Shown one piece after another: positions 10,228 through 19,856 of a stretch of 64,000 nucleotides of DNA (position 1 is the first letter of the stretch; every line of letters starts with the position of its first letter). The stretch is from Candidatus Bathyarchaeum sp. (GTDB lineage Archaea; Thermoproteota; Bathyarchaeia; Bathyarchaeales; Bathyarchaeaceae). The notes under the pieces are model-generated. The model was not told the origin of the DNA, did not search any database, and saw nothing but the letters and a program-made list of their open reading frames with translations. The position numbers and the translations under genes are program-made. The DNA lies in NCBI GenBank assembly GCA_026014495.1, contig JAOZIF010000137.1, forward strand, positions 5,611 to 69,610, written 5' to 3'.

Positions 10228-10974
10228 TTAAATGTTCATTGCGCCTCTGAAAAGAGTTTTCAAGATGCTAAATCCATCTCTAAAAGTGTTAAGATTAGAA
10301 ATACCATAACGTCTTGCGCGCTCAATACTTGGAATTTCATGAACAGTTAGTCCGAGCAATTTCGATTTTATACAAATCTCTGTTTCAATTTCGAAATTCT
10401 CACTCTCTAGAACAGGATTAAGACAGCGTAATGCGTCTTTTTTGAACGCCATATAGCCATAGCATAAATCGGAATAGTTAGTAAGAAACATGAAGTTTGA
10501 AATCCCTGTTAGAATCCTGTTGCCAACACGCCTTAATGGAGTTAAATCTTCAGAGCCACCGCAAGGCAAAAACCTCGAACCCTTTACAACATCTGCGCCC
10601 AGCTCTACAGCTTCAGCGAATCGAAATATCTCTTTTGGGTCCATTGACCCGTCAGCATCCAACATTACAGTAATGTCACTGGTACGCATACTTTCTTGGA
10701 AAGCTTCACGCAATGCACCACCTTTACCTGATCCGTTCTGAAGAATGACTTTGGCTCCGAGCGTCTTAGCAATTTCAACAGTCTTGTCTTTTGAATGCCC
10801 ATCTACAACTAAGATGTCGGCACAGCCTATTTGTTTTAAACTATTGATTATATCGTATATGTTTTTTTCTTCATTTAGCGTAGGAATAATGACTGTTACT
10901 CGATTATTCCCAAACTGTGAATCATTCATCCGCATACTCACCATCATTCTTCTGAACAAAACAGTTATTTTCAT
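10228..10974 (-). CDS. Family 2 glycosyltransferase, polyprenyl-phosphate sugar synthase (Dpm1-like) type
   Basis: 'VTVIIPTLNEEKNI', 'VVDGHSKDKT', 'MLDADGS'. The true start may be an internal Met (MRMNDSQ). Confidence 0.75.
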   Translation of the reverse strand: MKITVLFRRMMVSMRMNDSQFGNNRVTVIIPTLNEEKNIYDIINSLKQIGCADILVVDGHSKDKTVEIAKTLGAKVILQNGSGKGGALREAFQESMRTSDITVMLDADGSMDPKEIFRFAEAVELGADVVKGSRFLPCGGSEDLTPLRRVGNRILTGISNFMFLTNYSDLCYGYMAFKKDALRCLNPVLESENFEIETEICIKSKLLGLTVHEIPSIERARRYGISNLNTFRDGFSILKTLFRGAMNI

Positions 10975-11105
10975 GCAATGTATGTTTTAATTTCATGCAA
11001 AGTATATTATTTAAATATGGATGGATTCTGTTTATAGAACAAAAATTTATCTTTTTCATACATTAAACGGTGTATTTTGTATCTGACACACAGATTTTAA
11101 CTGTA

Positions 11106-11792
11106 TTAGCTTTTGTCAATGTAAAATCTTTCAGTATTCTTAAAGTATCTATCAACATTTTCCACAACAGGCTTTTTGGAATTGTTCAAAACCACTGACA
11201 ACTCACTAGTAAACTGCTTAACAGCTTTCTTTTTAAGAGAAAGATACTCCGAAATATCGACGTCAGCAATGCAATCTTTGTACACGTCAATCAATCGTTC
11301 AATGCGGGGTCCAAAATTCAAAAATCTATGCATCACAGAATATTGATACCTAATAGACGTTAACTTCAGATTTTGAAGGCATCTCCTAATAATTCGATTC
11401 GCAGCGCGATGGTCAGGATGAGAATCACGCATAAACGGAAAATAGACCTCAACTGGAGAGTGTTTTTTGAGTATTTCAGTTATTTTTTGTTCAGCAACAG
11501 TTTCATGTTCTTTAAGCATTCTATCTTCAAAATCGAGAAACACTAAGTTTTCAACAGGTACACCTAATACAGTTGTAGCATCAATTACTTCTTTCTTTCT
11601 GATTTTGACTATCGCATCGGGAGTTATATCCGAGTTTAGATCTAAACAGTTAGAAAATGCATGCCTCCCATCGGTTAATAAAACGATGTAGACTTGATAG
11701 TTTTCACTAAGTTTTTTAGCGATTGTTCCACCACAACCCAAAGTCTCGTCATCTGGATGCGGAGAAAACACTACTATTGGTTTATCCATCAA
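11106..11792 (-). CDS. LmbE/PIG-L family N-acetylglucosaminyl deacetylase
   Basis: Hallmark 'VVFSPHPDDETLGCGGTI' plus downstream 'HPDH' zinc-binding motif. Confidence 0.85.
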   Translation of the reverse strand: MMDKPIVVFSPHPDDETLGCGGTIAKKLSENYQVYIVLLTDGRHAFSNCLDLNSDITPDAIVKIRKKEVIDATTVLGVPVENLVFLDFEDRMLKEHETVAEQKITEILKKHSPVEVYFPFMRDSHPDHRAANRIIRRCLQNLKLTSIRYQYSVMHRFLNFGPRIERLIDVYKDCIADVDISEYLSLKKKAVKQFTSELSVVLNNSKKPVVENVDRYFKNTERFYIDKS

Positions 11793-11856
11793 ACAACACT
11801 CTCATTTACGCATTAGGTAACCAAAGAAAAATAACAATTATTCATAAACACAAATT

Positions 11857-12978
11857 TTAATTTGATAAAATGTCTTTTTTCAAAGAAAAACTAAGTTTCT
11901 TTGCCAAATTATCAACAGTGCTACTACAGGTAATCCAGTTGTAAAACTTACTATGCAAACTATTGCGCACTAACCTAACTTCAAAATTCTTTCTGTAGGT
12001 GTGCGTCCATCTTTTTTTGTACGCTTCAGCACCTCTCATAAGATCATATTCCTTAATTCCATTTTCTATACAGCGCTTCAAAATGAGCATTATTGTGAGA
12101 CTCCCAGCAGAATAAACAGAATACTCAGGAAGAAAACCCGAGAGATAATAATACGTCTTTTCAGCATAATCAAAGGAATAGTGACCTGCAATGGGTTCAT
12201 CGTTAGCCATTAAGAAATAAAGACTCAACCAGTTTTTATCATTAAAACGTTCAGCGACATCTACATGAAAATCACGAAAAGCTCCATCATGAAAAGCCCC
12301 TGACAATCCTTCCGAGTTCCATTTTTTTTGATGTATCTCCATGAAAACATTTATAGCTTCATTAACTGAGAGTCCAACCTCGTCAAACTTTTTAAAATCT
12401 ATTTTATGATTTTGCTTAATTCGTCGTAGTTTTTTGTTCAGGTCCTGTCGCATGTTGCAGCTCAACCCTTTCATAAAACTTTCAAACGAATCAGGCAAAG
12501 TAATATACGGACACACATTGTAAACTCTTTCTTGAACATCTAAATTGAACGGAACATTGGAAAAGAGGTTGCCAGAATAATTTTTGCTTTCAGGAATTTC
12601 CTTAAGCTCAATCCAATCCCAGTCTGCAACGACATTCACCAAATAATCCATTATAATATTTAGACACTTTTCTTTTTGTTCAGCAATAATAAAATTGTTA
12701 TAATCAGAATGGCGGGTTCCCACAAATTCTACTTTTTTAACTGAACCCAAACCAGGCATCTTATACTTCGATAACATTAGTGGAGCAATAGCACAAACCT
12801 TGTCTTCATCTTCAACAGTTAAAAGCAAAAGGCGCCTGTTAGACCCGAAATGCTTCCACCAAGTAGACAACCAGGCCCAAGTCAAGAAAACGTTGTTACC
12901 AAAAAGGTTGCTTTCAAGAACAGTGTCCCATGTTTCCTTAACACCATCAAAGTTATCCACTTCGTTTAGTTTCAACAT
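11857..12978 (-). CDS. Fem/CelD-type GNAT-fold protein (Acetyltransf_6 / BioF2-like family)
   Basis: 373 aa. N-terminal 'FLTWAWLSTWWKHFG' and C-terminal 'YYLSGF...YSAGSL....LKRCIENGIKEYDLMRGAEAYK' match the CelD/FemAB-related GNAT pattern. Confidence 0.65.
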   Translation of the reverse strand: MLKLNEVDNFDGVKETWDTVLESNLFGNNVFLTWAWLSTWWKHFGSNRRLLLLTVEDEDKVCAIAPLMLSKYKMPGLGSVKKVEFVGTRHSDYNNFIIAEQKEKCLNIIMDYLVNVVADWDWIELKEIPESKNYSGNLFSNVPFNLDVQERVYNVCPYITLPDSFESFMKGLSCNMRQDLNKKLRRIKQNHKIDFKKFDEVGLSVNEAINVFMEIHQKKWNSEGLSGAFHDGAFRDFHVDVAERFNDKNWLSLYFLMANDEPIAGHYSFDYAEKTYYYLSGFLPEYSVYSAGSLTIMLILKRCIENGIKEYDLMRGAEAYKKRWTHTYRKNFEVRLVRNSLHSKFYNWITCSSTVDNLAKKLSFSLKKDILSN

Positions 12979-13015
12979 TAATATCCCTCACGCTTAAGTC
13001 AGCTAACAGGAGACA

Positions 13016-13897
13016 TCATTTTTCTCTGAAAATACGCAGATAAGCAGAAGCAGCCATTGCACGGAGATCGTCTTTCAAAACTTTCTTAGGAAAAGCCTGT
13101 TTGAAGTAAGAAAAATCTCCAACAGGAGAAAAAGTTGAGTCCCAAACACCATCACGGGAAGCCACAGTAATTTGTTTCACTGAACGAGTTGAAATACCCA
13201 TAAGTTTTGAGGCAGCAATATCTGCTACAAGAGGGTTGTCACAAGACATCACCAAGTTCAATTGTTTAGCGTATTTTCCATGTGCAACTAGACCATCGAC
13301 TACAACCAAATCAGTTTTGATTTGCTTGTTTATGAAAACTATTGCTTCGTCCAATACTTTGTGATACTTGAACTTTTGTGGATAAGCGTTACATCCATAA
13401 AAATTCTTTAGTGCACACGTAATTTTCACACCGTGCATATACTTTAGTTTAGGAACGTTTACCACAAGATCGGCTTCATAAAATAGTTCAGGTATATGGA
13501 ACGTGAATAGTGAACGACCGATTCTAGCGTCGATGATACGGCATTTCTTTTCGGTTAAATTGACTAAGTTTACGTCTTTTTCTTTAGCCATCTTGTCATA
13601 TTCAAGCATCTTGAAGGCATGTTTGCATTTCATGGCGGAGGCGTCTGATTCTACGACGAAAATTTCAGAAGTTCGGGCAAAATTTTCTCTAAAAACGTCA
13701 ATCAGAGCAGCAACGAATAATGGATCAGTGACTTCTCCAGTTGAAGGGTGATAATAGTAACACATATTTGGTTTTATTACGATTTTATCAGCGTTCCTGT
13801 TAAAGTTGAATCCAATTAAATCTAGAGATTCTTTGATTGCAGCTTTCAATGTATCTGGATTACAGTTCTCAGTACGAACAAAACTTACAGTGCTCAA
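13016..13897 (-). CDS. DUF362 domain protein
   Basis: 'KIVIKPNMCYYYHPSTGEVTDP' and the overall ~290-aa layout resemble DUF362. Function unknown. Confidence 0.55.
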   Translation of the reverse strand: MSTVSFVRTENCNPDTLKAAIKESLDLIGFNFNRNADKIVIKPNMCYYYHPSTGEVTDPLFVAALIDVFRENFARTSEIFVVESDASAMKCKHAFKMLEYDKMAKEKDVNLVNLTEKKCRIIDARIGRSLFTFHIPELFYEADLVVNVPKLKYMHGVKITCALKNFYGCNAYPQKFKYHKVLDEAIVFINKQIKTDLVVVDGLVAHGKYAKQLNLVMSCDNPLVADIAASKLMGISTRSVKQITVASRDGVWDSTFSPVGDFSYFKQAFPKKVLKDDLRAMAASAYLRIFREK

Positions 13898-13912
13898 GTC
13901 TTTTCCTCCTTT

Positions 13913-14914
13913 TTAGGTGTGCAGTCCTGAATTCTTCATCGCGTTTTTGTATGCAGAATCAATTACTTTCAAGCCATACAAGCCAGCATCTCCTGAAGGC
14001 TGAGGCTGCTCATCTTTCTGTAAACTGCTAACAAAATGTTCTAGTTCCAAGTAGTTAGAATCCTTTTTATTTAACCCAAATTTGCGTGCAATACCGTTCC
14101 AGAAGATTTTTGAAGTGCTCTGAGGAGAAATTTGAACCAGCATATTTTGGGCAGTCCCACAAACTTGAACCGATTGCAAAAAGTCTGTTGAGAACCATCC
14201 TACTTTAGCAGTTGCTACAGGACCGTCCTTAAACTTTAGCACACAAGTCGCAGCATCCTCCAACTCGAGGTTAAACATGTGTTCTAAAAAACATTCTACA
14301 TGAACGACTTCACCGAAATACCAGCTTAACAAGTCAATCAGATGTGAACCAAGGTCTAGTAAAACACCGCCTCCAGATAGTTCTTTGTCAAGCCACCATG
14401 ACGGAACTTTAACAGGACCAACATGGTCACTTCTTGGAGAGAATGGACCACCACTGACATTGGTGACCTCCGCCAATTTAATGCTGCCAAACAAACCATC
14501 TTTTATTCCATCATATAGGTTTGAAAGAATGGGGTTAAATCTCATATCATATCCCATCATCAGTTTAACACCGTTCTTTCTGACAGCTGACAGAATTTCC
14601 TTCCCTTCATCAACAGTTCTAGCTAGCGGTTTCTCCAGAAGAATGGCTTTTCCAGCTTCTGCCGCTTTCTCTGCACCATCACGATGAAGAAAGTTGGGCA
14701 AACTAACGACAACTGCGTCAACAGCGTCATTTTTCAAAAGGTCATCATAGTTAGCGTAAACGTCTTTGATACCCATTCCTTTTGCATACCTTCGGGCTTT
14801 TTGAGATAAATCTGCCACGGCCACGGTTTTTGCGCCCTCTAGCCGTAGAGAATTACGAAGACTTACTTTGCCTTGTTCTCCAAGCCCAATTAATCCTAAA
14901 TTTACCTGTTTCAT
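13913..14914 (-). CDS. Gfo/Idh/MocA-family NAD(P)-dependent sugar oxidoreductase
   Basis: 'VNLGLIGLGEQG' Rossmann motif, an 'EKPLA' motif, and a C-terminal oxidoreductase domain. Confidence 0.8.
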   Translation of the reverse strand: MKQVNLGLIGLGEQGKVSLRNSLRLEGAKTVAVADLSQKARRYAKGMGIKDVYANYDDLLKNDAVDAVVVSLPNFLHRDGAEKAAEAGKAILLEKPLARTVDEGKEILSAVRKNGVKLMMGYDMRFNPILSNLYDGIKDGLFGSIKLAEVTNVSGGPFSPRSDHVGPVKVPSWWLDKELSGGGVLLDLGSHLIDLLSWYFGEVVHVECFLEHMFNLELEDAATCVLKFKDGPVATAKVGWFSTDFLQSVQVCGTAQNMLVQISPQSTSKIFWNGIARKFGLNKKDSNYLELEHFVSSLQKDEQPQPSGDAGLYGLKVIDSAYKNAMKNSGLHT

Positions 14915-14939
14915 AATCTATCTCTCATTTTATAAAAAA

Positions 14940-15980
14940 TTACAGAAATACTGCAAGGAATTTTTCGCATAATGATAACACAAATTTGTTAAATTTTGGC
15001 ATATAGACTTTGTTATAAAGATACACTTTGTTAAGTTGTCCTTTCCATTCTCTTTTCCATCTCCATAAACCCCAGCCTTCAGAGTTTTCATTGGGCAGCG
15101 GTTCACGGACGTGCCCCATATGATACCAAGAGAATCCATTGTTGCAAGCCCATTTCATTGTTTCCCAGTGTAGCAGATCGTTGGGTCTTACGTGCCAACT
15201 TTCTTCCCGAGAACCTGTACCTAATGCATAAGCAGTCTTGCCATGAAGTACGACAAAAACTCCAGCAACAGGTTGACCCTCAAAAACAGTTAAGAATATT
15301 TTTAGATTGTTACGTTTTCCAAAGATTTTGCTGAGAGATTGAAAATATATAAAAGGGTATGTTTTGAAGCCAACTCTTTTAGCTGAAATCGCGTGTAACT
15401 CAAAAAAGGAAGCGAGGGCATCATAGTTGTTACATTGAACTACTTTGGCACCTTGTTTTTGTGCTTTTTTGATGTTTCTTCTTTTGTTATGTGTAATTGT
15501 TTTCCAAAGTTCGGTTTCAGATTTCCGAAGGTCTACTTTGTAAACGTTGAATACTGTGTTAACTGTATAACCCATATTTTCTAAAGTCTGATTTGTTTCT
15601 GGCGCATAGATGTTAGCTTCAGAGACCCTGTTCTGGATTGCATGTTTTTCTAATAGCCCCATTAACTTTTCCAGAACTTCTTTCCTGTTGTCTGTCCCTA
15701 CAACTGGTCCGTAACCATAAACGCCGCCAACTTCTGTGCGGTCACCAAACCCGAACCGCTTGTTGTATCGAGCTTGAATTAAACCTGCAAGATTATCATC
15801 GTTTATTGCTAAAAACCTTAGAATTTTCGCGTGGGGATTAGATTCCTTTATGGCTTCGCCGTATTCAAATGACTGTTGAAGATTACCTAAAGTGTAGTCC
15901 TGCAAGAACTTTTCCCACATGCCAGATGTAGGGTGGTCGATAATTGTATATTTGTCCATAATACTAGTCTCTTGCAACAT
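14940..15980 (-). CDS. FemAB-family (aminoacyl-tRNA-dependent peptidyltransferase-like) protein
   Basis: 'LQQSFEYGEAIK' (FLQS..W-type N-terminus), 'HNKRRNIKKAQKQGAKV', 'GKTAYALGTGSRE....RPNDLLHWETMKWACNNGFSWYHMG', and 'GLWRWKREWKG' (cf. FK..FG of FemX/FemA). Confidence 0.7.
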   Translation of the reverse strand: MLQETSIMDKYTIIDHPTSGMWEKFLQDYTLGNLQQSFEYGEAIKESNPHAKILRFLAINDDNLAGLIQARYNKRFGFGDRTEVGGVYGYGPVVGTDNRKEVLEKLMGLLEKHAIQNRVSEANIYAPETNQTLENMGYTVNTVFNVYKVDLRKSETELWKTITHNKRRNIKKAQKQGAKVVQCNNYDALASFFELHAISAKRVGFKTYPFIYFQSLSKIFGKRNNLKIFLTVFEGQPVAGVFVVLHGKTAYALGTGSREESWHVRPNDLLHWETMKWACNNGFSWYHMGHVREPLPNENSEGWGLWRWKREWKGQLNKVYLYNKVYMPKFNKFVLSLCEKFLAVFL

Positions 15981-15999
15981 AACGTAAAGCTGTTTTGAA

Positions 16000-17238
16000 T
16001 CAAAAACTTACACCTGGACGACTCCAAGGATAGACTTTTTTCTTTATGATTTTTGCCAATGCGACTGGAAACAAAGCCGAATTGAACAAAAATGGAAGTG
16101 GATCATCTAATTCAAACAAATCATAAAAGAGTCCGGGTTCATAAAACTTGAGCCAGCTAGCTAATACTTTCAGGTTGTTCTGGTTTTTAAAGATGTGATT
16201 TGTAAAGCCGTTTTTAAGCATGCTAAAGAGGTATAGTAGGTCTTGATCAAAGTATCTGCCTTTAACGCCCACCTTATAGTTGAAGACTCCCTTAACGTCA
16301 CCGTCCATAGCAATTTGGTAAAGTAAATACGGAAAGTCCACTCCAGCTTTGACTGCAACAGATAGTGATCCCCAGAAACGAGGGTTAATCTCCAGTAGTT
16401 TTGGAATATTATCTCGGGAGTCAACTCTAAACTCAAGTTCTGCAATTCCGTGCCAATCTAACGCCTTAAGCAAAGTTTCACTGTATTTTCTTAGATTATT
16501 AGTAAGCGGAACAGTTTCGCGATAACAGCTGTTGCCACCTTCAGGAGGCCATGCTCGAGTTACTTTGATACAACAAAATGCTCGAGGTTTACCGTTGTTG
16601 TATACAGTCGCCACTGAAAAGTTCGTTCCCGGAACATATTCTTGAATTAAAGGATACGGAAAATATTGATGAATACTGTTATAAGTTGCGATAAGCTCTG
16701 CAGGTGAATTGACAAGACCCCCTCTTCTGTGATAAGCACGACCATTTCCCCAAACCATAGACCATCGCGGTTTGACGATACACGGATAGGTTATTTCTTG
16801 CGAGATTTTGTTCAGTTTAGCGGTTGAATTATCTACAAAAAATGTTTGTGGAATGGGTACGCTGTGTTCAGTGGCTAATTTCATTGTTGATCGTTTGTCA
16901 AAGCACTTGAGAATTGAATCATGACGGGCAATAGGAAGGTTCACATAAGGACTTATTCGATCTCTGTTTTTGGAGATTGGTAAAAGAGACCATTCAAAGA
17001 TGGGAAAAAGAAGATCAAACTTTGTTTTTTTAACGATTTTTTCTACTGCACAAGCATATTCTTTTTCAAAACTCGTAGATGGAACCAGCACTTGTCTTTT
17101 GCAATATTTTGAAAACCGAGAAACAGATAAAGAATAACTCGACATAATAGCTGTGTCTACTTTTCGTTTTCCTAGAGATCTTAAGATGGGAAGGACAACC
17201 GGATTATGTCCCTCGGCAATTAAAACACCATTACCCAA
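16000..17238 (-). CDS. ATP-grasp family carboxylate-amine ligase
   Basis: 'PCIVKPR', 'LIQEYVPG', and 'HGIAELEFRVDSRDNIPKLLEINPRFWGSL', typical of ATP-grasp_4-type ligases. Confidence 0.75.
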   Translation of the reverse strand: MGNGVLIAEGHNPVVLPILRSLGKRKVDTAIMSSYSLSVSRFSKYCKRQVLVPSTSFEKEYACAVEKIVKKTKFDLLFPIFEWSLLPISKNRDRISPYVNLPIARHDSILKCFDKRSTMKLATEHSVPIPQTFFVDNSTAKLNKISQEITYPCIVKPRWSMVWGNGRAYHRRGGLVNSPAELIATYNSIHQYFPYPLIQEYVPGTNFSVATVYNNGKPRAFCCIKVTRAWPPEGGNSCYRETVPLTNNLRKYSETLLKALDWHGIAELEFRVDSRDNIPKLLEINPRFWGSLSVAVKAGVDFPYLLYQIAMDGDVKGVFNYKVGVKGRYFDQDLLYLFSMLKNGFTNHIFKNQNNLKVLASWLKFYEPGLFYDLFELDDPLPFLFNSALFPVALAKIIKKKVYPWSRPGVSF

Positions 17239-17282
17239 GGCATAACTACAACCATTTACGAGCTATTTCAGGAAAGTCTCTT

Positions 17283-18653
17283 TCAAATTGTTTTATCTTT
17301 ATAAAGGACATCTTCAGGAGTTTCTCGTTCTCGAATCAGTTTGACATTACCGTTTGAATCTAAATTAACTGCACCAGGACGGGGATGAAGAAATTGTGTG
17401 GATCGCGAAATTGTGTATGCACCGCAATCAGAAATTGAAAGTATGTCGCCTTCAGAAACTTTTGGAAGAAAAGTTTTGAGATTAATGAAATCTTCAACAT
17501 ATAGTAGAGGACCAACTACATTAATTTCCTCTTCTGGTTGTTTGGATGCTTTGTTTGCAACACTAATTTTTCGCTGCTCTATTGCACCAAAACGAGGAAG
17601 CAGATTTGTTCCAGCATCAACCATTACCCATTTGTAGCCGCCAGCATTTTTGACATGATCAATACGTGTAAGTAAGATTCCAGACGCTGAAGTGATAAAT
17701 CTCCCTGGTTCAACAATAATTGTTGGTTCAGGTAAATCTTCTAGACCTTGCTTGATTTCGTTTACAATAGACTTGGCAACAGATTCTATGTTTGTAATGT
17801 TACGGTTTTCAGCTAATTTTGATTTGAGACCGATTTTTCGTCTCAGAAAGTCTTTGATTAAATCATTGTTTCCAATAAAACGAGCCCCACCGGGATTGAA
17901 TCCACCGCCTATGTTGAGGTATTTAAGTTCAACTCCAAAGTTTCTGTAGAGTTCGCGCATCATAGGTAGAAGTACTTTTGTTGATACCCTATAGGGATGA
18001 GCCATTATTGCTTCAATTTTCAAGTTTTTGAGTTTTGTTGCCTGTTGAACGGCTGAATATGCTTCTTTTATAGAAAAACCGAATCTACTTCCAAGATTGC
18101 AATAAGCAGCGGTAACAAGCTTGTTTAAAGAGAGATACTTGAATATACCGGGTTCTTTGAAGGGATTTATTCTGAAACCGATAGCCTGTTTAACGCCCAA
18201 CTCTCCTGCTACAGCATTCACTCTGTTGAGTTCAGTAAGAGATTCGACATTTATGAGTCGGATTTGCTTGCTGATAGCTGTCTTTAGTGTTTCTTTGGAT
18301 TTCATGGGACCATCAAAGATTATGTTCTCGCCACCAAAGCCAGCCCGTAAAGCCACATGTATATCAAGTTCGGAAGCAACTTCGGCGTATGCTCCGTTCT
18401 CTTTAAGGGTTTGGCAAATAGCCAAATTGTTATTGGTTTTGATTGAATAACAAACCATTACTTTGGGATATAAAGCAGAAAATGCACTGGAGATACGATT
18501 AAAGTTCTCTATAAGCTTAACTTCGTCAAAGACAAAAAGTGGTGTATCATATTTTTCGCATAGTTCAACCAAGTTTACTCCGTGTAGAGTCAAATGACCC
18601 TTTTTGTCGATTCCAAAGCTATTTTCGTGAATCAAGTTTTTATTAATCTCCAA
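17283..18653 (-). CDS. PLP-dependent decarboxylase, Orn/DAP/Arg decarboxylase family 2 (LysA-like)
   Basis: PLP-lysine context 'CYSIKTNNN', then 'NIGGGF', 'EPGRFI' and 'SDCGAYT'. Confidence 0.8.
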   Translation of the reverse strand: MEINKNLIHENSFGIDKKGHLTLHGVNLVELCEKYDTPLFVFDEVKLIENFNRISSAFSALYPKVMVCYSIKTNNNLAICQTLKENGAYAEVASELDIHVALRAGFGGENIIFDGPMKSKETLKTAISKQIRLINVESLTELNRVNAVAGELGVKQAIGFRINPFKEPGIFKYLSLNKLVTAAYCNLGSRFGFSIKEAYSAVQQATKLKNLKIEAIMAHPYRVSTKVLLPMMRELYRNFGVELKYLNIGGGFNPGGARFIGNNDLIKDFLRRKIGLKSKLAENRNITNIESVAKSIVNEIKQGLEDLPEPTIIVEPGRFITSASGILLTRIDHVKNAGGYKWVMVDAGTNLLPRFGAIEQRKISVANKASKQPEEEINVVGPLLYVEDFINLKTFLPKVSEGDILSISDCGAYTISRSTQFLHPRPGAVNLDSNGNVKLIRERETPEDVLYKDKTI

Positions 18654-18695
18654 TAGTAATACAGATACGCTGATTTAAACAGCACATTCTCATGC

Positions 18696-19832
18696 TTACA
18701 CAAGTATTTCAGGCATGGCTTTCAAAAATCGATCGTTCATATTGGGAAGGCCTATGGTAACGCGTAGACAGTGACCGATAACGGGTAATTCGCCAAGATT
18801 CTTTATTATTATGCCTTTATCTAAAAGTTCACGGTAAACTTCCTCGGTGTTTTTGTTAGTTTTAAATGTAACAAAGTTTGCTTTTGAATCCAAAACTTTT
18901 ATTCCGTTAATAACACGCAATTTACTAAGAAGTCTCTCACGCTCAGTGTTAACTAAATTTGTCCATCTTTGCACAACTTCAATGTTATCCAACAGCCTTT
19001 GGACGTACCTAGCAGTAAGTGTGCTAACAGTATAAGGAAGTGTCTCTGAAAGGACTGAAGCAAAATCCTTGTGCGCAGTAGCGTACCCAAATCGTAGTCC
19101 CGCCAAACCAAACGCTTTGGAAAATGTCCGCACTACAACTATATTCTTTTTATTAATAGCCAATGGACAAACAGAATACGTTCCAAACTCCACGTAAGCT
19201 TCATCCACTAAGACAACCGCAGAAGATGCATTAGCCAAAGCTTCAATTGCAGCCCAATCAAACTGATTTCCAGTAGGATTATTCGGTGAACAAACAAAGA
19301 TTAACTTGGTCTTATTCGTCACCTTCTTAAGAACATCATCAACATCAATAGACAAATCGTCTCTAAGGGGCACTGAAACCAGCTTAGCTCCACTTAACTC
19401 CACCCTCTTTTTATACATGAAGAAACTGGGCGAAATTGAGATGGCTTCATCACCTTTTTCCAAGAAAAGCTGGATAATAAAATCAATTAGTTGTTCGCTA
19501 CCACTGCACGCCACAACACATTCAGAAGGCACACCTACATATTTTCCTAAGGCAGTTTTAAGCTCAACCATTGCGTTTGAATCATAAAATCTCAAATCAA
19601 CATTTTTAATAACCTCTAGAAAAACGCCTTTAAGAAAACTAGAGTCAACAAAGAAGTTTTCGTTAGCATCTAACTTTAGAATCTGAGAAGAACAAATGCC
19701 AAGCTTTGAGGCAAGCTGGGTAACACCAGTAGAAGAATTAACATAACCGAGAAGTGATCCATCAAAGGATTGCAAAAGTTCAAGCTTTTTTTCTAACCAA
19801 TTCAAATTCGGTTTCACTTCCATAATTTTCAA
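18696..19832 (-). CDS. Class I/II PLP aminotransferase, HisC/CobD-like
   Basis: 'LDANENFF', 'SPNNPTGN', and 'RTFSKAFGLAGLRFGY' (PLP lysine). Confidence 0.8.
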   Translation of the reverse strand: MKIMEVKPNLNWLEKKLELLQSFDGSLLGYVNSSTGVTQLASKLGICSSQILKLDANENFFVDSSFLKGVFLEVIKNVDLRFYDSNAMVELKTALGKYVGVPSECVVACSGSEQLIDFIIQLFLEKGDEAISISPSFFMYKKRVELSGAKLVSVPLRDDLSIDVDDVLKKVTNKTKLIFVCSPNNPTGNQFDWAAIEALANASSAVVLVDEAYVEFGTYSVCPLAINKKNIVVVRTFSKAFGLAGLRFGYATAHKDFASVLSETLPYTVSTLTARYVQRLLDNIEVVQRWTNLVNTERERLLSKLRVINGIKVLDSKANFVTFKTNKNTEEVYRELLDKGIIIKNLGELPVIGHCLRVTIGLPNMNDRFLKAMPEILV

Positions 19833-19856
19833 TCTCAGTTATAATCAGTTATTATT

